Source: a virus. From it: DNA of 64,000 bases. Below, piece by piece: positions 48,040 through 58,361 of this stretch. A model generated the notes under the pieces. The model had not been told where the DNA came from and did no database searches. It saw only the letters and a program-made list of their open reading frames with translations. The stretch lies in the IMG/VR virus record IMGVR_UViG_3300031159_000070, positions 1 through 64,000 of that record; one strand, written 5' to 3'. Each line of letters opens with the position of its first letter. Position 1 is the first letter of the stretch. The position numbers and the translations under genes were made by a program.

Positions 48040-51000
48040 GGCTCCAGTCCGTTTGAATTAAGCTGGTGTCGGCTCAGCCTTCGCGAAGCCGATGATGCCG
48101 GTGCCGTCGTCGTCGAGCTGGCCGTCGAGATAGTGCTTGCCCTCGTCGCAAATGACGTAGAGTCCGTGCTCATCCTCGCGCACCTTGCACCGTCCGTTCT
48201 CGGTAAGGCAGGTAAAGCCGCCGTCGGCGATCAGCACGTCGCCCGGTTTCACGTCTTCCAGTCTCGTCATAGTGGTCTCCTCAGAAGATCCAGCTCAAGA
48301 AGATCAGAAGGCCGTGGAACCATCCAATCGGTGGAACAACCAGGCCGAAGATCAGGATGGCGAGCATGATCGCGCGTTCGGCCATCAGGCAGTAGGCGAT
48401 GTGCAGCAGGAACGGGCCGAAGATGATCGTCGGCACGATGATGATGAAACTCCAGACGATGAGCGCATCTCTCCAGGTGCGCACGTTGCTGGCGCGATAT
48501 TTCACCTCGCTGAACCAGCGCCGGGCCTTGCGGAGGATGCGCTTGTGCCAGGGGAAAGTGTCGTCGTAGTCGAGGGTCTGGACCATTTCTGGCTCCGCTC
48601 AAAGCAATTCGATGAGGTGCTCGTAAACCTTCTCGCGCTGCGCATAGTCTTCGAAGAACCAGATCGCCGATGGCACGCCAACGAACTCGATCGCCGGCAA
48701 GGCTTTCACATCGCCTGAGACACAGCGCAGCTCCTGTGTCGTGCGCCGAAACGTGACAAAGCGGGCAGGGTTCACCGGCGTGTTATCGACTGGCACGCCG
48801 GCGATTTTCGGCTGAACCGGGCAGGAAATGAATCGGTGCATCGGTCCCTCACGTTCTATAGGGGCTCATGAAAAGGCAGTAGGTGCGGCCTTCGATTTCG
48901 ACGGTTTCGAACGGGCCGTCGCCGGGAAAGGCCTCGTCTGGGAAAAGATCAGCGATTGCCTCGACAGGCACCTGCTCAGTCGTCGTCGGCACATAGCCAA
49001 GCTCGCGCGCACGTCCTGGCGAAACGGCAAGCTCCGTCTCGAGCATCTCGACCTGATAAGCTTCGAGGTGATGGTGCACACCGCCGATTGTCAGCGTGGC
49101 GATGAGCTTGGCTTTGGGGTCATCATCGGGCCCGCACGGACTCCAAGTGATCCGATCAAGAGAGATTTTGACCGGGGTCTCATATTCACGGTGATCAGGC
49201 GCGATGGGCATCAGATCTCGTCTCCTCTCCGGCGGGCGATGTCCTTGGCGCCGGAAACCCAAAGATTGAGGGCAGCCCACAGCGGCATCGCCTGTTTCAT
49301 GGTTTCGCGTGCCTCTCGTGTTTCAAAGCTTTGCGCCGCATCGTCCTCGCGCTCGATCTCTTTCATGCGGTGCTCGGCGTATCCGAGCAGCAGCTCGAGC
49401 GCGCGGACCTGACGGGCAGAGAGCGGGATGTCGAGGCGGTAGCGGTAGGTCCTCGCCGGATCAAGCATCGGCTTCCTCGTTGATCCGCGTGATTTCGAGC
49501 AGGTCGGAGCCGGCCACCTCGCCATTGCGATATGGATGCGGCTCACCTTCGCCTTCGCAGAACTTCTCCCAAGCTTCGTCTTCGTTGGCCGCTTCGACGG
49601 TGCGCACCACGTGAACGTGCTGCAGCTCACGGATCAGGAATTTAGGCATCGCCCGGCTCCTCCTCTTCATCGGGGATGCCGAACAGTTCGCGTGCCTGCT
49701 GCGTCAGCGTGGGATGGTTCTTCAGGCTGTCTCTGTGGTCGCCGGTCTCGCGCAGGTAATCGACCTCGTTGATCAGTCGAGCGATGATGTCCCACGTCTC
49801 CCGGTCGCCAGAGCTGATGCGGTCGCACAGAGCATCGATTTCGACGTTGACCATCTCCTCGAACTCGCCATTGCCGGTGGCGATGTTCGTTATGTGCTCT
49901 GGTTCGAAGCTGCTCAGTCCACGGACCTGTCGCAGCCGCAGCCCGGCAAGAACCGTTGCGAGTTCGCGGCGGTTGAGGCGAATGGTGGTGATCTCACGCA
50001 TCGGCCGGCTCCTCATGATACCACTCGGTCGTGCCTTCCTCTGGCTTGACGCCGATCTCGCGCAGTGCAGCGCGGACTTTCTCGGCCGCGTGATAGAGAC
50101 CGGCGTCATAGGCCAGCGACTCGTATTGATCTGGATCGAGATCCGGCATGTCCTCGAGCTCCGGCACTTCCGGTTTCGGCGCCATGCGGCTCACTTCCTG
50201 GCAGGCTTTGATCAGGCGCTCAAGCTCCGGCGGCTTCAGGCCTTTCCAGATCTCGAGCATGCCATCGCAGCAAACGTCGTTTTTCGAGAGAACCGGCTCG
50301 TCTGATGCGTAGTGTTCGCCATCCTCGTAGCGAAAGACTTCGTGCGCGAAGACGTTCTCGCTCGGATCGTTTGCCTCATGGAGAAAATCGATCCCTGGTC
50401 CGTAGTTCCCGAACCTTTCGATCTTCTCGCAGGCGTCTTCCGGCGTGTTGGCGTCGACGTTGTAGACGCGGCAGCCGACGTAATACTGGTAGACTCGGTA
50501 TTTGGGCATGGTTTACCTCGCTGCCTCGACCGCGAGGGCCTCAATCATGTCGCCAACAACGGTGCCTTCCTGATCTTCGTCGAGCTGGTAGCCCTCAAAG
50601 CTCAGAATGCCGACCGTCAGATCGCCCGGGTCTCGCCTGTAGGAGATCCGGCAAAACGGCTTGTCGAACCATTCCTCGGGAATGCCTGGGGTGTGGAAGT
50701 CTTCTGGCAGGGTCACCTCGCGCTCGCGCGCCAGCGCGTTTTCGATAGCGTCGCTAACCCCGTTGGTGCGTTCCATTTCGCGCGCGAAATACTCTTCGTT
50801 GGTCAGAATTTCGATGTGCAGCGGCTCAGGCGCGCAACCGCGCGCAATGCTTGCGTTCGTGTTCCAGCCTTGCAGCGCGCGCTCGACGATCTGTCGGAAA
50901 TTGACGTCGTTGCGATCGCACCAGTGGCCGATGCATTCGATTAGATCCTCGGCCGCATCAGCGATGTTCTCGCCGCCGACCGCATGAAGAAAGCTCTGCA

Positions 51001-51273
51001 GGGTGTCTTCGGCATACCCGGCGCGCTGCTTTGGCGTGATAACGCGCGCTAAGTCTTCAACGGCCATGGCATCTCTCTCCGTACACAGGGAAATGGGGCA
51101 CTCCGCAACCTGCAGCCTCAATGGAGTGCCCCGCCTGGATTTCTTCCTATGTCGATCAGTTGCTACTTCATGGCTCGCCTCCTGGTTCGATGATGTCTCG
51201 TCAACCTATTGGCGAGGAGTATAGTAGCACTGGTCTCCTGGGACACAAAGCCGCCTGTCCGGCTCGTCAACCG

Positions 51274-51897
51274 TTAGCTGATGATGGTGTAGCCGATATT
51301 CTGCAGCCCTTTGACGCGGTAGAGCGCGCCGTTCTGGCCAACGAACACGCGCAGGTTCCGGCCGCGCCGGTTGATCGTCCTGGCCGTGAACGTGTCGCCC
51401 ACGTAGCCGTCCGTGAAGCGTACCGGGCGATTGAGCTTGATCTTTGCGCCGTCGGACAAAGCGTTCCTCTTGGCCTTAGCTGCCGATTTCTTTTCCACGT
51501 TCTCAAGGCAGCGCCGCCGCCACTCGCCGGCATAGCCTTGGGTTTCATCGCGCAGGGGCGAGGCGGCAGCGATGATGCGCTTCGGGCAATCACACTCGAT
51601 CGGACCCATGGTTTCGTCCAGGTCCTTGTAGCCGAAGTTGTAATCCGAGCCTGAGCTGAGCTTCGTCAGGAACACGGCAATCCAGCGGATTGTGCCGTCG
51701 GGATCATTGACGTAGGTGTGGTGGGGTTCCCACGCGACACCTGGCTTCGGCTTGCGCTCGACCAGCATGTAAACCGTGCTGCCAGCCTCGGAGTGATCGA
51801 TCACCCGTTGCGTGATGCTCTCCGTCTCGTACTCGACTTCTTTTCTGACGATATCGATGCGCGAACGGCTCGCAGTCCGGAGGAATGTCCAACCCAT
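51274..51897 (-). CDS. DUF6927-like protein
   Basis: MGW..FGYKDLDETMGP..CP..I..WRRRC. Confidence 0.7.
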   Translation of the reverse strand: MGWTFLRTASRSRIDIVRKEVEYETESITQRVIDHSEAGSTVYMLVERKPKPGVAWEPHHTYVNDPDGTIRWIAVFLTKLSSGSDYNFGYKDLDETMGPIECDCPKRIIAAASPLRDETQGYAGEWRRRCLENVEKKSAAKAKRNALSDGAKIKLNRPVRFTDGYVGDTFTARTINRRGRNLRVFVGQNGALYRVKGLQNIGYTIIS

Positions 51898-51993
51898 TGC
51901 TCGTACTCCAATCTGTAAGGGGTAAAGCCCCGCGACAGCAGGCTGGGGGGTTACCGCTGGCGCGGGGCAGGGCCGGGTGCCACGGAGAGAAAG

Positions 51994-52425
51994 CTACCCG
52001 GCATCGTTCCTGACGAAGCGCTTCCAGCCTTCGCCAGTGAATTTGCCGTCGAGCTCGTGCTCGATCTGTCGGGCGACGAGATCTGAGATGTCGTGCCATC
52101 CCCATGCCTTCTCGTCGTCGCACAGCACGTAGATCTGAGACGCGGGCACCGGGCTGTTCTTCAGATCGCCGTCTTCGGCATAGTCGCCGATGAGCGCAAT
52201 GCGATCGCCGGCCCAACGGCCGATTACCTGCTCATTCAGGCTCGGCAGTGGATTAAGATCGCCGCCACCGCGCGGCTCCGGCATCGCCGCGCACAGGATC
52301 AGCAACGCTGCACCGGTGCCTGGGTGATTGGCGACCTGCTCCCACAGCTTCAGACCGGCGCCGAGCTTGTGTGGATGGATGTACTCCCGGCGATCGAGGT
52401 TCACGACTTTCCAGTATTGGCCCAT
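51994..52425 (-). CDS. Phage hypothetical protein
   Basis: MGQYWKVVNLDRREY..GRWAGDRIALIGDY. Confidence 0.7.
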   Translation of the reverse strand: MGQYWKVVNLDRREYIHPHKLGAGLKLWEQVANHPGTGAALLILCAAMPEPRGGGDLNPLPSLNEQVIGRWAGDRIALIGDYAEDGDLKNSPVPASQIYVLCDDEKAWGWHDISDLVARQIEHELDGKFTGEGWKRFVRNDAG

Positions 52426-52605
52426 GACCACTCTCCGTACTTGGTGCCTCTTGACAAGAGACTCAGGTGTCGTCATCTTCCAGCCCAGCTTCGCTCTTTC
52501 CAAAAGGTGTCGTCGCCGGGCACCAAAGTTCGCAATGAAGGTCGGTCAAAAGCCGGCCTTCTCTCGTTTCGAGTGTCGTGATGATAGGTCGGAACGAGGC
52601 TGTCC

Positions 52606-52622
52606 GTCCAGTGACACTAGAC
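52606..52622. promoter_or_regulatory. 17-bp operator-like site over a minus-strand promoter
   Basis: GTCCAG-TGACA-CTAGAC; minus strand TGGACG-18-TATCAT. Confidence 0.68.
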
Positions 52623-53310
52623 CAGATCGGCTATGAAAAAGGCCGGCTGGGAGCCGGCCATCGGGGCTTGCGGAGGCGGAAGAGCTAGCAGATTGGATCT
52701 GCTAGCGTCCAGCCGTTGCCATTGCATCGCGGGCATAAATCGCCAGAACGGCTGATCATCTCGATTGTTTTCGGCTTGCTTCTCTTCTTGTAGACAGTGC
52801 GGATCGTTCGGATCGGTGCTCCTGTTACCCGGCCGATGCCTCGGCAGCACACGCACGTCCTGGCCGGCACTTCCACCGGTCCATCTGCTGTCCTGATGCA
52901 CGCAACGAATCTGGCCATCACACTCAACCACCGCAGAAACGTGGCTAGTCAGCATGACTAGCCAGGATAAATCTACTCTCACCAAGCACAATTTGACAAT
53001 GCGCAAGGCTAGAGGCGAGAGTGTGGCCAGATTGTGAAAAAGCTCAGGAGTCGAGTTTCTGTGGTCGGATAAAAACCACACCGTCCTCCACGCTCGTGAC
53101 CTCGAGCTGGCCGGACTTGATAAGCTCAGTCACGGCGAAGTCGCATGGCGTCTGCCGCAACTCGTCGACATCCTCGATCCGGATCACGGCAGCGTTGATG
53201 GGGCCGGTTACTTCGATGATGACGTTTTCTGGCACCCCTGCATCGATGAGCATGCGTTTCGCCATACCTTTACTCTCCCCTAGAGCGCGCACACACACAA
53301 AGAAAATGCT

Positions 53311-53778
53311 TCATTCGGAAGTGAAGAGCCCGTCGGGCTCTGCCTCGATCACATCGGCGATCGTTTCAAAGGAGACCCCTGCATCGTTGAGGGTTGCGAG
53401 CGACACGTCGCTGGTCTGAATCAGGAATTTCGCGTCATCGCTTTGCGTGCTGTCAATAATCCGTTTGGCGAGGTGCGGCGCTTTTTTCTCCAGCGATGCC
53501 CAAGAGAACGAGCCGATATCGTCGTTCAACCCAAGGGCGACCCGACCACCTTCCGTAAGGACATCTGAGCTGTAGTCTTCTTCTCCGCGGACGCGGCAGC
53601 GCATCACGCCGCGGGTTTGCGAGGGGATGATTTCTGTATCCGGAATGACTGTGTAGGCGAGTCCCAGGCAGCAATAGTGGCGGTTTCCGTCCTGCTCTGA
53701 GATAAGGGCACCGATCCCTTGCCGATGCCGGCCAGAGCGCAACTTTGCAACCCATGCTCTTGCGATCTGGTTCATCAT
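53311..53778 (-). CDS. Phage hypothetical protein
   Basis: WVAKLRSG..Q..L..YCCLG..LND.G.SF..IAD.IE. Confidence 0.65.
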   Translation of the reverse strand: MMNQIARAWVAKLRSGRHRQGIGALISEQDGNRHYCCLGLAYTVIPDTEIIPSQTRGVMRCRVRGEEDYSSDVLTEGGRVALGLNDDIGSFSWASLEKKAPHLAKRIIDSTQSDDAKFLIQTSDVSLATLNDAGVSFETIADVIEAEPDGLFTSE

Positions 53779-53859
53779 GAACCTGCCCAGCTTGACTTGA
53801 CTACAGTATTCTACCTCGGATGATCCGGGCAATTGGTATGTGGCATGATCGTCATGCGG

Positions 53860-54468
53860 CTAAGAAGTCGCGGTTGGCAGATCGCCGATCTTGACGGTTC
53901 GCGGTTCAGCAAAGGCTACAGCCCAAACCCACGGGTTTTGGTGCCAGGCCTCGCGGCCGTGAAGGTTCGTCCAAATGCGGATGAAATCATCTATGTCCTT
54001 CGCACCTTCGAGCTTGGCGTCGTGCTCGTTGATGAACTGCAGTCGCTCCGCTATCACGGCATTGCACTCCATCGCGATGCGCGAGGCATTCTTCGGCATG
54101 AAACGGGTCGGCACCACGCCGAGCGGCCAGCGCTCAGGCGTTGGCGTTTCGATTTCACACGCCACCTCTTCACCATCGGCAGCATAGCGCCACTTGCGCG
54201 CCGCCAAATCGTATCTCAGAGTCTCTTTCACCCACAGCAGGTCGCCCGGGCGATAGGGCGCGGTGACCGGTCCGAAAACCCGCTTCTGACCTTTCGCCAG
54301 AAACTCGAACTTGCCGTGGAACTTGCCGTCGTCGTCCAAAACGATTGGCGCCGCGAGGGCTTCCGGCGGCGGCTGGTCCTTCAGGATGCGGCGCGTCATG
54401 CGCTTGCGGCCGTCGAGCAGCGCGCGCACCATCTCACCGCTGAACGGAATCCCGATCGTCCTCGCCAT
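53860..54468 (-). CDS. ASCH/PUA-like phage protein
   Basis: FSGEMVRALLDGRKRMTRR..PGDLLWVKET..FMP..ASRI..ERLQ..W..NPWVW. Confidence 0.75.
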   Translation of the reverse strand: MARTIGIPFSGEMVRALLDGRKRMTRRILKDQPPPEALAAPIVLDDDGKFHGKFEFLAKGQKRVFGPVTAPYRPGDLLWVKETLRYDLAARKWRYAADGEEVACEIETPTPERWPLGVVPTRFMPKNASRIAMECNAVIAERLQFINEHDAKLEGAKDIDDFIRIWTNLHGREAWHQNPWVWAVAFAEPRTVKIGDLPTATS

Positions 54469-54845
54469 TGCTTTTTTCCTCGTCAGCGTCTGCGATGGCT
54501 TCGATCGCCGCCCGGGCGCGCCGCGTCAGGTAGTGGTCAGGGCCCAGCCCGAAGGCGAGCTCGGCAACGTCGTCCTCGCTGATCTCGATCGTGGCCCGCT
54601 TCATGCGGGATCGATTTCCTTGCCTTGGCGGATCATCTCACGGACACGGGCTTCGAGCTCCAAGCCGCGCTTTTCATAGGCCCTCAGTTCTTCCATTAAG
54701 CCGTCCCACCACGCTTCGCTTTTGGCGCGCTCTTCGCGGAACTTCCTTTTGCTGTATTCGGCCAGCATGTAGCAAACGAGCCAAACGACGAGTAATCCGA
54801 CCTGAAAGGCGACCAGCCAGGTCGCCACTTCCTTGCACGTCATGC

Positions 54846-55664
54846 CTACCTCACGACGGCACTGGTGCTTTCGAAGATGCGCGCACCTTTGAGCTCCCGC
54901 CCGCCAGCGCGGATGTAAAGCCGGATCGCCTTCTCGATCTCAGTCCTCGCCAGATATGGACGGAGGACTTCGAGGTCGATCTCGCCGATATTCGTGATCT
55001 CGAACATCCATTCCGATCTCAGCGTCGAGGTGCCGGCCGACGTCCGCGTGCGGGCGAGATCGGCCGGCTTGGCTTGCGCGGCGGCTTCGGCGCGGGCGGC
55101 TTGCTGTGCGGCGACATTGGCCTGCGCCTGCAGCTGCTGCGCATTGGCTGTGTGCTTCATTGCCTTCGCGAGCTGCTTGGCGTTCTCAGCCTTTGCCGCT
55201 TCGATCGCAGCCTTTGTCTGCGCTTCCTGTGCGCGTTTGCGTTCGGCCTCGGCAGTCTTCTCACGGGCGATGCGCTCGGCTTCCGCCTTGGCGTCGAGAT
55301 AGACCCTGATCCGACCAAGGAGGACATCGATCGCTTTGTCGAGCCGGCCTTTGATGTCACCAAAGAACTCGTCGACTGCCCTGCCGCGGGCGAGATGCGG
55401 TTCTTTCTCCTCCTTGCGCGCGGCCTCGGCGGCTTTCAGCTCCTCACGAAGTTTCTTGACGATCTCGACGCTGGCGTTATGCGCCTTATCGTCCTCGATC
55501 TTCTTCGGCAGGACCCGGGCCTCATTGAGCAAGCCGGAAACCTTCAGGTTGAAGTCCTGATAGTTCTTCGCGAGGTGCTCGCGAACTTCCTCGGCAAGAT
55601 CGACCGGTCCTTTATTGTGGCCCATACCGGCCGGCGCCGGCGCGGTGGCGGTTGCCATGGTCAT
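54846..55664 (-). CDS. Coiled-coil phage protein
   Basis: GMGHN N-terminus, RKEEKEP..VDEFF, Ala-rich coil, GGRELKGARIF. Confidence 0.65.
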   Translation of the reverse strand: MTMATATAPAPAGMGHNKGPVDLAEEVREHLAKNYQDFNLKVSGLLNEARVLPKKIEDDKAHNASVEIVKKLREELKAAEAARKEEKEPHLARGRAVDEFFGDIKGRLDKAIDVLLGRIRVYLDAKAEAERIAREKTAEAERKRAQEAQTKAAIEAAKAENAKQLAKAMKHTANAQQLQAQANVAAQQAARAEAAAQAKPADLARTRTSAGTSTLRSEWMFEITNIGEIDLEVLRPYLARTEIEKAIRLYIRAGGRELKGARIFESTSAVVR

Positions 55665-56204
55665 TGCTGCTGCTCCTGTGCTGTCGCGTTTTGTTTCTCG
55701 GTCTCCGCGACGCGATCTTTCTCGTGCTCAGCCTCGGCCCAGGCGACGGCCTGATTGGTCAGATCGTCGATAGTTTCCGCGTAAATCCAGTTCGTGCGGT
55801 AGTGACCCCACGAGAACGTGTAGCCCCTGTCCTTGTGATTGGACGTGACGGGCGTTGCGATCTTGGCGAGGAAGCCGTTGCGCCGATTGAAGGCAAAGCG
55901 CGAGGCAAGCTCTTCGGCGAAGTCGGACCTGTTCAGGTTCTCTTCCGCCGCCAGCTCAAGCGTCGTTTTCAGCTCAGGAAGGTTCTCAATCTCGACTGAT
56001 TCATAATCGAAAACCTCTTCGATGAACTCCTCGAATGACGGCACGTCGAGATGAGTGTCAGTCGTAACGAGACCTGGCAGCCAGATCAGATGATCGATCC
56101 GGACGGTGGCATTATCCAGCTCCTCGGCGTAGTCACGCGGCTTGTCTGTCATTGGGATCACCCTGAAGATCTGATTGGTTATGATCTCATAAGGCAATCC
56201 TTTG

Positions 56205-56221
56205 GACAAGCTACACTAGAC
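56205..56221. promoter_or_regulatory. 17-bp operator-like site
   Basis: GACAAG-CTACA-CTAGAC, identical to 59712-59728. Confidence 0.7.
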
Positions 56222-56989
56222 CATTCGTGCACGCAAAAACCAGTCGGGCACCGGGAAGCCTCTGGCCTTCAGGACATCGACGGCGACCTTCTCGGGCTCG
56301 CGCTCGAACACATCGGCCACGAGCTGCGTGCTGATGAGCGTGGCGATAACCTCCGGGTCGCGTTCCTCCGGCTCATCGTTGAGCGCGATCCACTGCACGG
56401 CCATCGTGTAGTGGTTCGGTCGCCGCTTAGGCGGCGGGAGCGTCTGCAGCATTCGCTTCCTCCATGAGCTTTACGTCTTCGAACGGGATGAGGTAGCCAG
56501 TTCCCTTGCCGGCTTGGTCCGGCAGCTCGGCCAGGAATTTGTCCGTTGCCACGATGTATTGCGCGAGTTCGGGATTGATGCCGACGATGGGGCCGACACC
56601 CACGTGCGGCGTCGACACGACGTCGCCGATCTTGAGCTTCGGCGTGATGCCGCTGGCTTTTACCCAGGCGCGCACGAGATTTTCGTGCTCCAGATAGACA
56701 AGATAGTCCGCACGGTCGAGCATCTCGCACAACTCGAAATCGCAGGCCCAGCCTTTGCGCTCGAGATAGCGGGCGATGTGATAGCCGTCGCGCTCGTCGC
56801 AATTCTCGATTGCCTCGGCGAGATCGTCGAGCACCCTTGCTTCGTCATGCCTGCTGCCGTCCTGTTTGAGCCAGTCCATCACTTCGGGCAGCAGCTTGCG
56901 GGCGACGTCGCAATAGATCGTCTCGGCCGTCCGCGATGGCCGCGGCGGCGGGTTCGGTTGCTCGATAGGTGCAAAGGGCAGCTCGTCCG

Positions 56990-57226
56990 TCATGGCGTCC
57001 TCCGATAAGGATCGAACTTCTCAAAGCGGCCGTCGTCGAACTCGGCTTCGGGGCGCACCCACACGAGCCCGTCGCTGCTCTGGTAGATGACGACGGGCGT
57101 CAGGTCCTTTTCCATGCAGCCGCGATGCAGCTCGCGATAGAGGCCGCCGGTCTTCACGTGGCGATGCGTCGGCTGATAATCGCTGCGCCAGGGCGTGCTC
57201 CAAAAGCCGTCGTGCTCGTTACTCAT
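56990..57226 (-). CDS. DUF1653-like protein
   Basis: HVKTGGLY..VVIYQS..VWVRP..EF..GRF. Confidence 0.7.
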   Translation of the reverse strand: MSNEHDGFWSTPWRSDYQPTHRHVKTGGLYRELHRGCMEKDLTPVVIYQSSDGLVWVRPEAEFDDGRFEKFDPYRRTP

Positions 57227-57459
57227 GTGCGTTTGTTCCAGTGCTCAACAGCGCGCTCTTCGCACCAACTCATATCCTCCCGCACCGCTGCCACCGTCAT
57301 ACCCTTGCAGCATCCGCGCGTTCTGCAGCGCACGGTGACTTCGCGAGTTTCCGTGTGATCGTTTCCCCGGTGTATCAGGCCAGCTTGCCCGCCGCAGAAT
57401 GGGCAAGGCTTCAATTCGTCAAGCGGTTCGCCTGACCATTTCTTTTCTGCGTAGTACAT
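57223..57459 (-). CDS. Lar-family restriction-alleviation-like protein
   Basis: ELKPCPFCGG..V.C...C..A...WNKR. Confidence 0.75.
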   Translation of the reverse strand: MYYAEKKWSGEPLDELKPCPFCGGQAGLIHRGNDHTETREVTVRCRTRGCCKGMTVAAVREDMSWCEERAVEHWNKRT

Positions 57460-57475
57460 GCTCTTCCTCTTCCTC

Positions 57476-58096
57476 TCAGTTCACCAAACTTGCCACATGC
57501 GCCGTGATCTGGCTGCCGAACGCAACCGCGGCCGGCGCGTCGAGCCAGAAGGCATGGATCGTCGACACAGCGCCGGCGAGCCCTATGAGACCGCTCGCCG
57601 TCAGCAGCAGCTTGCGGCTGGACACGATCGCGACTGATGCCAGCACGATCGCGATCTGCAGCAAGCCTTGCCCCTGATCGAACAGCGGGTCCTGTGAGCG
57701 CGCGAGATCGCGGCGCGCTTCGGCCGCCTTGCCTCTGGTGAACAGCTCAGTGATACCTTCGCCGGTGTCCGGCTCGCTCGTCAGCTCATCGGCCTTGGCG
57801 CGATATCGCGTGAGCCTGTCGAGGATCTGCTCGCGCGCTGCGCTCATGCCTTCGAGGGCGAGCTGCGTCTCGAGCTCCTCGATCTTGATGCTCAACACGT
57901 CGCGGCGGATGTTTTTGGCCTGGAACCAGGCCCACGTGTTGGCCGCTTCGATGCCGGCGCTGTTGGCGATTTTGGCCGCGCGATCGTCGCCGATGCTGGC
58001 GATGGCGAGGATCAGAGATAGCCCGCCGATGTAGGCCGCGATCCAGCGATCGCGCGGCGAGCTGTTTTCCATGACGGCCTCGCGCAGCTTAGACAC
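57476..58096 (-). CDS. DUF4337-like membrane protein
   Basis: AANTWAWFQAKNIR..LLQIAIVLASVAIV. Confidence 0.75.
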   Translation of the reverse strand: MSKLREAVMENSSPRDRWIAAYIGGLSLILAIASIGDDRAAKIANSAGIEAANTWAWFQAKNIRRDVLSIKIEELETQLALEGMSAAREQILDRLTRYRAKADELTSEPDTGEGITELFTRGKAAEARRDLARSQDPLFDQGQGLLQIAIVLASVAIVSSRKLLLTASGLIGLAGAVSTIHAFWLDAPAAVAFGSQITAHVASLVN

Positions 58097-58361
58097 TTGC
58101 TCCTCCGGTCTCGAGCCGCGCGATCTCGGCGTCGAACTGTCGGCACAACTCGTGCGCTTCCTCGGGCTCGAGCCAGTTGGACATCTGCGGAAAGATTGTT
58201 TTCCAGATCCTGACGAGCCGCGGCTCGAATGGCATGGTTTCAGCTGAGCGCAGCTGATCGAGGACCTTCTGCATGGTGCGCCGCACGTCCGCCGGGTCCG
58301 GCGTCAAGATGGGCGGCGTCGGTGCGCCAAAGAGATCGGGCTGATTGTGATGGTGTCTCAT
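58089..58361 (-). CDS. Hypothetical protein
   Basis: QPDLF..PDP..VR..FPQMSNWL..EEA. Confidence 0.6.
   Translation of the reverse strand: MRHHHNQPDLFGAPTPPILTPDPADVRRTMQKVLDQLRSAETMPFEPRLVRIWKTIFPQMSNWLEPEEAHELCRQFDAEIARLETGGASV

Noticed and set aside
52944-52964. Palindrome GGCTAGTCA-GCA-TGACTAGCC as another operator copy
   Set aside because: Spacing between the CTAG half-sites differs from the fixed N5 consensus; may be a separate hairpin
54591-55754. 387-aa plus-strand ORF (similarly 1338-2150, 41658-42560, 46678-47496)
   Set aside because: Shadow ORFs opposite genes with recognisable motifs; no domain signal
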